Positions 1 to 13,088 are shown, counted from the stretch's first letter. The stretch is 64,000 nucleotides of DNA from Convolutriloba macropyga (GCF_964194025.1 NC_134476.1:17484001-17548000), one strand, 5' to 3'. The notes: generated by a model from the letters alone, not told the origin. Numbers and translations: made by a program.

Positions 1-2
1 TG

Positions 3-3000
3 AAACAAGAAACGGAAGTTGAATCAAAACTAACAAAACTGAAAGGCGGATCTGTAATTTCATTTGACGAAGCTGCTTTTCGCGCCAAGTTAAGAGACGG
101 AATGAAGAACACAGTTCTTAAACAGGTGAAAAAAGAGAGTACAAAAGAATCGAAAAGTGAAACGAAACGTATTGTCTCATATGGAACTATAGATGAGTCA
201 GATCCAAAGGTCACTCAGAACGTTACAGGGAGTATTATAACTTCGACTTACGTTATTGATGAGCCAGAACAAAGAAACAGTTCATATTTGGTGTCAAGCA
301 AATCTGGTACGGACCTCAGTGGCACATCAGAAGGAATTAAAACTTTTGTTGTAACTCAGTCTATGAATGAGAGCGGAAAAGCAATGAACGAGCAAACGGC
401 ACAAATGCTGTCAAAAGCAATCTCAAGTGAAAGTGCCTCAAATTTTACTGAGAATCCAGAAAGTATCGATATTGGACGAGAGTCTGGGAAAGACTTCAGT
501 ACTGCTTCAGAGGGCTTGAAGACTTATGTTGTTACCAAGTCCATACATGAAGATGGAACGGGAACAAACGACCAATCATCTCAACTAGAATCGTTTGGAG
601 CATCAGGCGAAAGTTCTGCAAACGTCATTACGACTCGCAAAATTATAAAAACTTCGACAATGAGCGATGCAGGGCAAAGCAACCGCAGGTCGATGACCAT
701 AACTGACCGCAGATACGTGTCCAAATCTGAAGATGATTCCGATATGGACTTTCTCGAAGCACGCGAGGGGATCCAAACGCTAATGGTCGGTCAAATAGGT
801 CAAAGTTCTGAACAAAAATCAATAAGCACTATTACTGGTCAAAGCTTTCAAAATTCGGGAGAACCGATTGTGATCACACAAAAAATGAGAGAACAAATGA
901 CGACTTCAGGTTTCAGTGGAGGAGAGAGCAGAGATGCAACAAGTCATGAAATATGGCAAGATTACGAAAAGAATCCTTTGGTCTCTTCCAGAACATCCTC
1001 AACAACAACAAGGACTGTTGTAGTTAGTAATTCAGTATCTGGCCGGGAGGTTGAGGAAAGTATTGAGGGTAAAACTGAGCAAAAAGAACTAAAAATTTTT
1101 AATCAGCTGCCAGCAGAAAAAGAATCCTTGAGTTCAAATCAGACTGGAACTATTCAGCAAGAGAAATCTGGAAACACAGAATTGATTGAGCCAAATGACA
1201 GGGAAAATTTGGGGTTCGCGTTTTCGCAAAATATAACCAGCAAATCGGATGTGGGTTTCAGTGAGACAGAAGAAGACTCACAGAGCTCAGTTGTCAACTT
1301 GCCGGAAGAACAACATAGGCAAAAGCCAAAAACTGCTAATAGTAAGGGAATGTCTTTATTTTTGAAAGAGGAGGCAAAATTTCGAGCTAAGGTGAGAGAC
1401 GGAGTGAAGAACACCGTCTTGAAACGAGTGAAAAGAGATAGCAAAAAGGAGTCGAAAAGCGAAACAAGACAGACTATTTCAACTGGAACCACAGCTGAGT
1501 CAAAAACAGAAGTCACCCAGAGTGAGCACGAGGGGTTAACCCCGTCAATATCTGCCATAGATCAAGAAGAACAAAAAACTAATTCAGATATGGCACCGCC
1601 TAAAGCTGTCGATGACTTTAGCATTACATCGGAGCAGATGAAAGCTTCTCTCGTTACTCAGTCGATAAATGAGGACGAAAAAAGGACGAACGAGCTAACA
1701 TCTCAACCTAAGTCAACAGGGGGCATAAGTGAGATCACTTCAAATGTTACTAGTACTAACAGAATCATGGATATTGGACTAGAAACTGGGAATGAGCTCA
1801 GTTCTGTATCACAAGGTATGAAAACGACTCTTGTTATGCAATCTACGAAAGAAGGTGGAGAAAGAAAAATCAGCCAATCAAGAGGTATTGAAGCGTTCGG
1901 CGGAAGTAACAAAACTACAGTAACATCAACCATTTTTGAGCCTACCCAAAGCAGCACACTGAAAACAACCGAAAGTGAGAGCGAAGGCTCATCAAAAGAA
2001 CGAAAAATTTCGAATGTGACTGAGGTAAGGGAAGTGAGACAAACTTCACAGGTCATCCAATCAGGATCAGAGGGTACGATAGAGGTATCGTCAAATAGGA
2101 AATCAGAGCAAAATTTTCCTTATCCAATTTCTGAAAAACCAAATTTTGTCGTTGGTAAATCAGAACAAATAACAACTTCGGCCGTAAGTGGCGGTGAAAG
2201 TATGGAAAAAACTAGTGACGAATTTGGGAAAACTGACGAAAGCAGCATTCTGAGTGGTTTAAATATAGGAACGACCCGGACGATAGATTTTGAATCAGTC
2301 TCTAGCCAGGTCAGGAAAAATAGTCGGGCAAATCAAGTTTATTCACCCGCACCAACAGGTATGTCAGATATTAAAAACACGACAAAATTCGAGAAATTAA
2401 CTTTAACTTCTGTTTCCAATCTGTCGCAACCATCTGAGAGAGAAGAAATAAACCATGTGAACAAAAACTTGTTTTCATCAATGACAGTGGGCCAATTTGA
2501 TGCGAAAGTTGAAGATAGAAACAAGCCAGTGTCGAAACAGTCAGCGATAGAGTTTTCGGGAAAATCGAGTAGCAAAATAATAACCAATGACTCAACCGCG
2601 ACAATAAATGATTCTGGTAGTAAAGTGCTAGAAACACGAGACAGAAGCAAAGCGATATCTGTCGAAACGATTGAGGAAAACAATCATGTGAAGGCTGCTT
2701 CTGATGGTGATAAAAAACTGTCAATAACAACAGTAAACAAAACTGAGATTATGAAGTCTGGAGAGGTAGTTGATAACGAAGAAATGGTTCAACCGTCTAA
2801 AAATAAGGAGGAAAAAAATGGTACACAAGAATGGGCGCGTTCAAACAAAATATTGATTGGATCCCAAACGGAATTGACAGAAAGAACAGGAAAGGAACAG
2901 GAAATAGGAACCTCAATTATCAGCCAATCTCAAAACAGTGAGGAAACTGAAAGAAAAAATGCGGTAAACTTGACCTCTTATCCTGAATTAAAGGAACTTG

Positions 3001-5927
3001 ATATGGACTTCGACAAAACACAGAGAGAAGAAATATTATCTAGAATGCACAAAGTGACCGAAAATAATCAGAAAGATTCAAACGTCAATGGCATAGACAG
3101 TTTCAAAATTGAGGAAAACCTCGTAGGCACTGAAAATTATGAAAAACGAAGCACTGAATCAGATCAAGAAAAGTCTAATTTACCAGATTTCAGATCCCTG
3201 CGAACGGAAAAATCAGAGGAAAATTCAATTGCTTCTAACGGATCACATTTTGACATGAAGGAAACTGAGACTTTTGAAAAAATTTCCATTCAAGCTCCGG
3301 TGCCGAACTTTGAAAAGAATGGTACTGTGACCTGGGAAGAGAAGATCAGAAAACTTGAAGAAAGCCTGAAGGAAAATTCCTCAGTGCAGGGTGTCGGTGC
3401 AACACGTGAGAAAGGTTCAAAAGACCCCTCTGAGCAAAACGCTACGTCAGACGACAGGACAAAAACTGTGGAAAACTTCAAAAAATTGTCTGTAACAGAA
3501 TCAAAATCAGACAACAGCGAAAAATCTGAAGAATTTGTTAAAGAATATTCTGTACAAGTTTTTCCATTGGAAAACAGAACAATAACTACTGATGGGCTCA
3601 AAGAATCTGCAGTTCAAAGTTTTGTATCGGAAAACAGAAAAGGGTCCCAGGTTGGCCAGAAAGAGTTTTCGGTACCGAAATCAGAGTCTGACATTGTAAA
3701 AAATGCAGATGGAGCTAAGAAGTCTTCTCCAATAAACTTCTCATTCGACTTCAGAGAAAGCAAAGAGGACAGCATCCAAGAATCCCATCAAGGAAATTTT
3801 TCAACGAATGACAGAGAAAAGTCCGAAGTTAGCGTTGAAGAGCTTGTTGTTGAGAAAACCTCAAGGAAGGACAAAGTTATAAAAGAAAATGCAATCGAAG
3901 AATTTTCCGTACAAAAAAGTGCATCGCACGACATAAGAGAAGCTGAAGTCTATGTTGAAGAACTCTTAAATACGGATTCCATATTATCAGTCAATAGAGC
4001 CAAGCCTGGAGATGAAGTTAAGGATGCTGCTGTACCAACTACTGTATTGATTAGCACAGTAGAGCCCCAGGGTGTCATCAAAGAGTCTGTTATTCCAAGG
4101 ACTGTATTGGAGGATAAGGTGGAGCTGGTGGCTGGTTACAAGGACACCTCTGAACAAAAGTCCTCATTGGATGAATCAGTAACGACTCAATTCGACATCA
4201 AAGAAATTGCAGTACCACAGACCTTAAAGGGTGACCGTGTGAAACTTGACGTCGGTCTGAAGCAAAAAACTGAACCAGATACATCATCGACTGAAACCGT
4301 AAAAACAGAGTTAGGGGTCAAACAGTCTGTTGTATCAAAGACGTACTTGAACGACACACTTAAACCCGATGTCGAAGGTCAAAAGTCTGCTGTAACAAAG
4401 ACCAGAATGGATGAAATTGATGTTTCCAAAGTTGCTATTTCACAGTTGTCTGAAGCAAGAAGATCATTGGATGACGGAATAAACTCTGAGGTTGTCGTTA
4501 ACGTGCCTGATATATCAATGGCATCATTGACTAGCGAAATAATTCCTGAAGTTAAAGAAGTCAAGGTGCTTAATGTATCAAGAACCTCATCAATTTATAA
4601 AGTGAAACCAGAGCATGTCGTCAAAGAGTCTGATGTAAGAAAGACCGCATTGGATAACCGTACAGAGCGGCCAGAGTTTGGCTTCACCAGTTCTGTTGTT
4701 CCAGAAACCTCAGTCGATGACAAAGCAAAGGTCGAAGAATTTAGTTTCAAAAACTCTACGAAACCCAAGACCTCATTAGATGACAACTTTAAACCTCAGG
4801 TCGGTGTTGAAAAGTCCGCAAAATCAGAAACCTCAACTAATGACACAGTAAAAGCTGGTGTTGGCGTAAAGGAGAATGCTGCACCGAAAGCCTTGTTTGA
4901 TGACTTAGTGGAACTTGAGGCTGATGTCAATGTGTCTGCTGTAGCAGAAATCCCATTGGATGACAAAGTTAAAGCTGGAGTTGGCGTCGAAAATTCCACG
5001 AAACCAAAAGTCTCATTAGATTACCAAAATCCTGCCAAAACTGTTCAACAAAAGGCTCCTGTATCACTGGAAAAAACTATAACTGATCTTGTGGAGACAA
5101 CCCAGGATAATGAACAAAAATTGAACAGTTCAGTTACTGAAGGGCCAATAAGGGGAAATATACCAGAAGAAAACGCGGAATTAACTCAATCCGTTAAAAC
5201 AGACGAAATTGAGGTACCAATAGTCGAAGCAGAAATAGCGACAGTTTCTTCAATAAACAAAGAGCTGAGTCAAGAAAGCCAAAAAGAAAGTGAAGTACCA
5301 GCGGAGAATTTTGCGCCCGATCGGCAACCAGAGAAAATAAAGGCGAAGACAGGCTTCTTTAGTTTTCTTCCATGGAACTTTTTTACGTTTAGCCCTCGAG
5401 ATACAGAGAAAAAACCAGATGCGAACCAGAACAATTCAAACGATTCAAACTATGAGAAAGCAGACCCAATGGATCATTCTGATTCTGAGAGAAAACAGAA
5501 GCCTACCCAAAAAGAAACAACCATTGAAATTGGGGAAGGAAAGGATGAAACACTGGGAAAAATTGATGTCGAAACAGAAAACCCGGAGATCGCAGATGAC
5601 GATGAGCAGCCGACACCAGAGAGCCAAGAAGACTGGGAAATTGTTGACCCAAAACATGACGATTTTCAACCACCAGTGAGCTTGGATCTACCCAAAGTAA
5701 CCACCCAACAATTGCCCGAGGAAGTGAAGGTGAAAATGTCAGTAGCTGAGAAAAGCACAGAAAATAAAGAACAGAACAAAATCAAAAATGGGCGTGTTAA
5801 TTCTTACGGTTCAGTCGACAAATCTAACTTGGCACCTCTTGGAAATCCTGAAAATTTGGACATTTTTCGTACTGATTCTGATCACCAGCCGCCAAAAACA
5901 ACAACAGAAGATACAAGAATCGAAATG
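3..5927 (+). CDS. Giant low-complexity (S/T/E/K-rich) repetitive coding exon; proposed 5' exon of aquaporin A. Frame is open to the window edge, so it probably starts upstream
   Basis: 1945-aa ORF 102..5939 whose frame stays open back to base 3 (KQETEVESKLTKLKGGSVISFDEAAFRAKLRDG-MKN...). Internal repeat similarity extends upstream of Met102. Phase-0 donor ATG|GTTAGT at 5927/5928 lies just before the stop. Coding status is strong; the link to the aquaporin is inferred. Confidence 0.85.
64..2290 (+). repeat. Nested coding repeats: ~430-aa super-repeat containing ~60-aa subrepeats
   Basis: FRAKLRDGMKNTVLKQVKKESTKESKSET (ATG 102) recurs as FRAKVRDGVKNTVLKRVKRDSKKESKSET (GTG 1404). EQMTTSGFSGGES recurs as EQITTSAVSGGES. 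The subunit 'D(F/L)SxxSEG(I/L/M)KTxxVTQS' is seen about 5 times. Confidence 0.8.
3480..5025 (+). repeat. Degenerate 20-aa (60-bp) tandem coding repeat, consensus ~KESAVPKTSLDDKVKxEVGV
   Basis: Units such as KESVIPRTVLEDKVELVAGY / KEIAVPQTLKGDRVKLDVGL / KNSTKPKTSLDDNFKPQVGV / EKSAKSETSTNDTVKAGVGV can be read directly from the translation. Confidence 0.8.
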
Positions 5928-6530
5928 GTTAGTGGTTAATTTAATTCTGCTCTGAGAGAATCAACTACTATGAAAAATTGCGACAACAACAATAATTCGG
6001 ATAAAAGCAAGCTTGAAGCGCTCCTTGAAATACAGGCTAGTTTGTGTTACAGACTACAATCTAACTGCGCCCCCGAACTCCACGTACGATTCAGTACCGG
6101 GCATGTATATACCAGGAAAAAAACAAGTCTTTCAAATAAAATCAGTACTGAATCATTACAATATCAGGTGTATTAGCCCTATCAAACTTGTGTCTCACTT
6201 GGCAAGTTGATTCCCAAATCAAAGCTTTTCGAAAAAAATGCGAGTAAAATTTCTGAAACTCGAAAAATTTTGTAATGTGCCACGATTTTGGGATTAGTTT
6301 TTAACCATCTTCCCGGGGTGCACGTAAAACACCCCACAGCTATCACAATTGGTCAACTAGGACCCTGGGTGGTCAGAAGTGGTCACAATGATGCAATATC
6401 AGCCAGATTTTAGCCATATTCAGCAATTTTCTACCGAATTACATCCCCAAAATAGACAAAATCGCCATTTTTTTTTTGAAAATTTCAGATGAACTCTGTC
6501 TACACTATCTATAATGGCAAAATTGTAGAC

Positions 6531-9500
6531 TTTTTTGTTCCGACCCCACTTGTGGGGGAAGGAACTATATACTCAAATGGGTTTTTTTTTTTTTTGTTCA
6601 GTGAATTTTGGCCGATCGATATATTCGTCGTAGAGAAATGTGAGTGGTATCATTAAAAAGCTGGTCCAGCGTAGAATTCAAAAGTAAAAAGATTTTTTTG
6701 AATTTCGTTTTTTTTTCGAGGAGTTATCGAGGATTGAAGTTTTGTGTGAACAATGGGATCTTTAGCATGATTGTTCACTTTTAGTACAATTTTCTTCAAA
6801 CTAAGATCTTTTTTACGAAAACATTAATTCAAATTTCTATAAAAAGAATAAATTTTGAGTTCGTAAAAGTTGAATGCAAGGCGATAGAAAGACTAGTTCT
6901 GGTCTCATAGGGAAGTTCACTATCAAAAAAAAATCGAACTCTAATTGAGAGCCTTTTTTTAATAAAACTTTTCTCTTTTTTGCTTTTTTAAGTCACCTAG
7001 AGACAAGTCACATTTTATATCGACGTTCTATTAATGACAAAACTCCTTTATAGTCGAATGAAGCGCAATGAACAAAAAACGTCGTTTTCAAGGAATTGCT
7101 CATGTTTTTTTTGGCTTCGATTCTGAGTTTTCGTAATTTTGAATGAAATTTTGAATTTCTTTTTGAAGTTTTACTATTTTTTTTTGGAGTCCTATGGTAG
7201 GGATTCATTGACTAACAGTGCAATATGTTCCATAATGAGCATTAAGTGAACATGTCTATTTCATTGAGGGGGCGGCTAATGGCTGTTAAGACTTAAAAAA
7301 TAATTTTTCGAATTTTTTTTTGAATATTAAAGAATCATAATCTTATTATAGTGAATTGTAAGTCAGTCCAGGGGTGAGAGCACCCTCTTCCTTCCTACTG
7401 CAACCAAAATTAAACTTGTTAGCGGTTTTATCTTCTATCTATTGGTTATATGACTTCAATGACAAAAAATTTCAATTTTTTAAAATTTTTTTTGGATTTT
7501 TACGTATTATTGGTTACTTTTGAAATCTTATCACATTATCCAAATATTGACAGTTCCCATTAGCTTAAAAATGATGTTCTGTGGATGACCAATAAAAATT
7601 TTAAACAAAAATTTATGGTTTAAATGGCTTCGACACGTTCTTCTTGCACTTTTCTACTGATTTTTTGGTTTTCTCCTGTTTTTTTTTGTTGTTTTAATAG
7701 TCATTATACTTACTGTGATCTCATAATGAATACCTATGCATGACAAACATAAATGTACTGCCACCGGGGCATCTTTGAGCGTTTTTATTGACTTCCGTTG
7801 AAAGCTATTGAATTTAATGTCTGTTAAAATAAAAATCACTTTTCGAAAATTTTATTTGAACAATAACAATTCCTAAATTTTTCTTGAACTGTTAGTGAGT
7901 TTCAGTATTGACTGGACCCACTTGCTTTTTACTGCGACTTAAAATATTCTGTTTAGCTGTTTTATCTTCTAGCTATTGGTTATATGACTTCAATGACAAA
8001 GATTTCAATTTTTTTAAATTTTTTTTTTGGATTTTTTGAATTTTTGATCACTTTTGAACTCTTTATCACATTATCCAAAGATTATTGTAATCCAATTGGC
8101 TTAGAGAGGACGTTCAGTGGATCACAGAGAAAGTTTTCAGAGAATAGCTAATGGTTTAATTGTCTTCGACACTTTCTTCTCGCATTTTTCTACTGAATTT
8201 TAGTTTTTGCTGTTTTTGTTATTGTTTTCTGTCATAAGACTTATTGTGATGTCTTTTTAACTATCTATGCATGACAGACATCATTTTCCTCCCTATGGGT
8301 TATATCTGAGCATCGTCATTGAGCTCCGATGAAAGATTGAGTTTACTGGCTGTTAAGGGTTTAAAAATAATTTTTCGAAACTTTTTTGAAATTCAACCAT
8401 TCCTAATTTTTTTTCGTGAATACTCTTGGTCATTGTTGGTTCTGACAGAATCCATTTCCGTTCTACTATAGCCAAAATTAATCTGGTTAGCGGTTTTATC
8501 TTCTACCTATTAGTTTTAAAACATCAATGCCACGAGAATTCATATTTTTTTTGGGTACTTTATTTTGTTTTTCGATCCTTTTGAAATCTTATCACATCAT
8601 CTTACTGCTGAGAGTCCCTATTGGTTTAGGGAAGAAGTTCAACGGATCATAAATAAATTTTTCAGGGAAGAGCTTATGATTTGAGTTGCTTCGACATTTT
8701 CTTCAGGCACTTTTCTACTGAATTTGTGGTTTTTGCCTCTCTCTGTTGTTGTTTTCATAGTCATTAACTTGTTGTAAGGTCTTATTGATGAAATACGATT
8801 GGCAAAAAACTTATTGTCCCCTCGAGGCATCATTTATTGTATATACTGGCTTCCGTTGAAGGCTAATGAATTTAATGGCGTTGATAATACGTGTTTTCCC
8901 GCAATTTTCGTGCGTCTAATGTATTTGTTTATATTTGTTGATTTTTTGAAATTATATTGATAAAAAAGGTTTTCCCATTGCTCCTGAAAAATTAATTTAA
9001 AATTGAAGAGTGTTTAGTGAAAAGTTCATTTTTTTAATGCCTTCGACCCTTTTGTCGCTCAATTTTTTTTCCTGAATTCGCTGTTTTTGTTCTTTAGGTA
9101 GCCGTAAATTGCTCACAGATCTCATAGGCTTGTAATTGAGGACTGAATGAATAATGTTGCTCGAAACATTCAGTATATAGCGAATAGGTTCCTTTCGTCA
9201 AATTTAATTTCTATTCATCAATCAGATGTCCCATCGAATTTCGTGTATTTCAAGAAATAACATATATATTGATATTATGTGCCACTGTTGTTTCGTTTTT
9301 CTGAACGTTTATTGAATGGCCATTTTTTGCGTTTCTTTTTCTCTTCCTTCAGAACAATCGCGTAATAACAGATCCCAATGGTTTTTAAATGTGGCCCAAG
9401 TAAACTTATTCAATCTTTCAATATAAATCCTTCAACTGAAATAGCAGAAATAACAACTGAATTAAAAATACATATTCAGATGATAGGTATTGATTTTAAT

Positions 9501-10114
9501 GGTAGCAAAGGTTTGTGTTTTCGCAAATCGTTTGTAATTTTTTGAGTTTCTCTTTAGTTTGTTTCTATGGCATAGTCTGACCACAGACGGGTGCTTTTGG
9601 TTTTGTAATGACTTTTTAGTAATTTATCAAGGATTTTTTTATTAAAAACCAATGTTTTTTAAGATTTTTGAATTTTCTTGGTGCAAAAAATGTTGATTAA
9701 TTTTTAAGTTTCGCCTCACTGTTCGTTCTTTTTGTCGGCTTGTTACCTAGTCTCGTTAAGAAAACTTTTCATCTGCTGTATAGTTAGTAAAAGGTAAACT
9801 TGTGTAGTTAAGGTTTTATCTGACTGCATTTTGACGTTGTTACCAGGTGCTTTTAAATTTAGATATTCATTTTTTGCCGTCAAAATTTTGTTGGTGCTAT
9901 TTTTTTTCTAGTCTCTTCAATGTCAGGTCACGTTGGTGCTGTAATGAAGCATGGCATTAGTAATTCAATTAGTAGATAGAATGTGTAACGATTGTTTTAA
10001 ACTCAAACATCTATTTTTGTTATCTCTTGATTTGGTTGACATTTTAGTCAAAAATGTAGATGAGCTCGGGTCGGAACATCATGTGCGAACGCACATTAAC
10101 GAACCGCCTTGTTT
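6531..10114 (+). mobile_element. Non-autonomous Helentron/HINE (DINE-1-like) element, copy 1
   Basis: 5' T-run plus GTTCCGACCC (6537-6546) and its inverse GGGTCGGAAC (10068-10077). 3' hairpin ATGTGC-GAAC-GCACAT (10081-10096), then CCGCCTTGTTT. The ~200-bp 5' core is shared with other copies. Confidence 0.7.
7240..9180. repeat. Diverged ~530-bp tandem array (~3.5 units) inside HINE copy 1
   Basis: Recurring anchors TTATCACAT at ~7528/8063/8589 and CTTCGAC at ~7628/8164/8689/9040. Confidence 0.75.
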
Positions 10115-12440
10115 GGGTACAAAATCAAAATTTCCCCAGTGTGGACAGTGAAAAATGAGATATGGCCCGAGTCTGACAAGTGAAGGACACTGGCGGTTTT
10201 TTTTGAACAATTTTCCGACCAAAATCAAAAGAGTCTCAAACTCTAAAAAATCAGAGCTGGCCCCAGTCTGGCATTTAAAATATATCTCACTCTGAGCAAT
10301 TTTAATAATTTTGACATATTCTGAACCTTTGTTTTTTTTAAAAAAAAAATAAGAATTAACACAGTCTGGCAAGCAAAAAATCAGAATTGACCGCAGTCTG
10401 GTATGTGCAAAATCAGAATTGGTGCAAGTCTGACCTTTGCAAAATCACTATGATTGAACGTCTGGCAAGTAAAGGATTTATATGAATCAGTACTCATGAA
10501 GAATTGCTTCTAGACGAACCCAGTACCAAATCGTATGTGTAGTTTGGTACGGGCCCCATCTGCAAACATATATTTTAGCTCAGCCAGGAGAGGCCTTTTG
10601 GCAAAATTCACATTGCCACAAACAAAATAATTGTTGCCTCATGCACTGTAAGAAATTTCAATAGTGCCATAGTAACATCTTTAGTAATACTTTTGGTCTT
10701 AAATAATGTGTGGCACAGATTAGGAATTAGCGGTTCACGTTTTGGTTTTTTTTAATTTTATTTTTCTTTGTGTAATTTTTCTGATTATTGCGCAAGGATG
10801 TCAAATTTTCTCCCAATTCATCATTACAATGAAGCAAACTAACGGTTTGATGAACACTGAATGAGAAACATTACGAGCCACCTACAGGTACTAAATTTTT
10901 GAGTCGATTTACTTGTCTTTGTTACCAGATTTTCTTCCCTATGTTATTACGTTGTGCGTTTGAAACATAATTTGATTTTTTCTGAACGAAAAGGCCGATT
11001 TTATTTGGAATTTGTTATCAGTGTTTTTCACTCTTAAACTGGAAGTTGAAAAGTGATGATTACTTTTCACTGCAACATTTGTTTGACAGAAGCGCGTTCC
11101 GCAGCCTAATTGCAGCAAAATCCCTCATTTTAGTAATCTCAAACATCTAAAACATTAAATCGTAAAAATGAGCGGCAAAAGGAATAAAGTGATTAGAATT
11201 TTGTGAAACGCCCTTACAGCCGTATTAAGGCTCTTAATTGCTTTGTGAAAACCATTTTCACAAAATTGAGGCGCCTTCCGCTTCTAACAGAAGTCGGTGT
11301 CCAAAAGCGCCAGCCATATTCTTTGGAAATAATTCTAGTTCTGTACCCGTAGATGCTCGTAATGAACTGTTGTCTAACTCCTAGTAACGTTAATAAATAT
11401 CTAGATCTCTTTTTTTGAGTTCTTTGTTTTTTGAAACTTATCCAGCCGATGGTTACGTGCGTTCAAAACCGACCATTCCTTTGATATTCACAACTATAAT
11501 TCAGGCCTACCAATAAACAAAAGACACGAAACGGTTTTCGTTGTTCTGATCTAACTTTTCTGCAAAAAGAAACAAAAAATTATTGAGTTTTGGAGATCGA
11601 AGTGAAAGCGAAGAGCACACAACATTAGACGGAATTCCAGAAAAAAACAATTTTTGAGTTTGGCTCGGAAAACAATCCCTCGATGAAATCATAATTGCCT
11701 AATTTTTAATTTCCCCTATTATTGCCCCAATTTTGGGCAATTTGCAGACAGTAAAATGTCAGACCAAGTGATCGAAAAAGTGATCACGGTTGCTATGATT
11801 CAAGACAGATTATAGCTTTGGCAAGAGTTGATCCAGAGGAATTTTGCGTCTCGGAAATTGATTGAATAGAAAAAAATGGAGTTATATTTAATGTAATCAG
11901 CTGAAATGGTTCAAAGAGAGAAACTATTGGTAAGCATATAATTATTTTCCAACTTTAGCACAAGTCTACCTGATCATTTTTTGCAGTCCCAGTGAAAAAG
12001 ATCTGACACAATGTTAGCTCCTTTCTCAAAATTATTCCCATAGAAGAAAATGAGGAAATTCTTGAGTAAAAATAATTTATAGTTGTGGGGATATTTGAAG
12101 AAAAATGAAAACAAAGACAAGCATTTGTTGGTTTTAAAATAGAGGAAATACAAATATTTCTGCATTTTATTTCCTTTTCTTGTAACCTTTTCTTTGGTTT
12201 TCTGTATTGTTCCTTAAATATATCCATTGTTTTCACGGTTTTCACTCTTCAACTAACAAATGATCAACTGCCGGCGGAAAAAAATAACATATTTTAATCG
12301 CTGGTTCAGACCGAAATGTTGGACGTGGACTGGGATTCCAATTACACGTCTGGAGCAAATATTTGTTCCTCAAGATTGGTACAAATTGACTTCTACTTTT
12401 AACTTCTGTTCCAAATTGCACAAAATATAATTTTAAATAG

Positions 12441-12647
12441 GAACCAGAAACGGGCAGCGTGAAAAGCGAAGTTGGAAAAATGAACGCAGAGGTCAGCAGA
12501 GTCAGTGATAGTGGACTCCCCTCTTATGGGGCGCTGGATGAGGAGGCAGGTACAAGTGGTCAGGGAATGGGAGATGAAGTGGTGACGTCACTTGTTGATA
12601 TTGACCAAGAGGCAGAAGGGGGCGAGAGAACAGATAACGAGAAAACG
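12441..12647 (+). CDS. Internal exon of aquaporin A N-terminal region (EPETGSVKSEVGKMNAEV...SYGALDEE...DNEKT)
   Basis: Acceptor ttttaaatag|GAA at 12440/12441, in frame with ORF 12459. Purine-rich coding-like island in AT-rich DNA. Phase-0 donor ACG|GTGAGA at 12647/12648 (alternative AAG|GTTTTC at 12662/12663, also phase 0). In-frame ATG at 12480. Confidence 0.75.
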
Positions 12648-12817
12648 GTGAGAACTGAAAAGGTTTTCTGTTTAAACTATTGGTTGCATCTTATCGGACA
12701 TTCAGTTTTAACAGTTAGTTTAGAAAAGATTAAATGTTTAGCACGTCTCCTATCATTGAATCTTGCAATACTACGACTCCCGCTGGGACTTCTTTGAGTT
12801 GTAAAAGGTGTCGTTAC

Positions 12818-13088
12818 CCTCGTGGTAGATGAATAAAACAAACTTGCAAGAATCTTGCAAGGCAATCTTGCAAGTGAATGAATACCGGCACCAAGATTCA
12901 TGCAAGATTCTTTCAAGTTTTTCGATTCACTTGCAAGAATCTTGCAAGCTTATCGATTCACTTGCAAAATTCTTGCAAGCTTTTCGATTCATCTTGTAAG
13001 ATTTCTTGAAAAGATGAATCGAAAAGCTTGCAAGATGAATCGAAAAACTTGCAAGAATCTTGCAAGCTTTTCGATTCAAATGCGGGGG
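12818..13088. repeat. Palindromic CTTGCAAG/TCGATTCA short-repeat cluster (MITE-like)
   Basis: More than 10 copies of (C)TTGCAAG in both orientations; termini are poorly defined. Confidence 0.55.

Noticed and set aside
1154-5679. Short antisense and alternate-frame ORFs overlapping the giant ORF
   Set aside because: Shadow ORFs of a long biased coding sequence with no recognisable domains.
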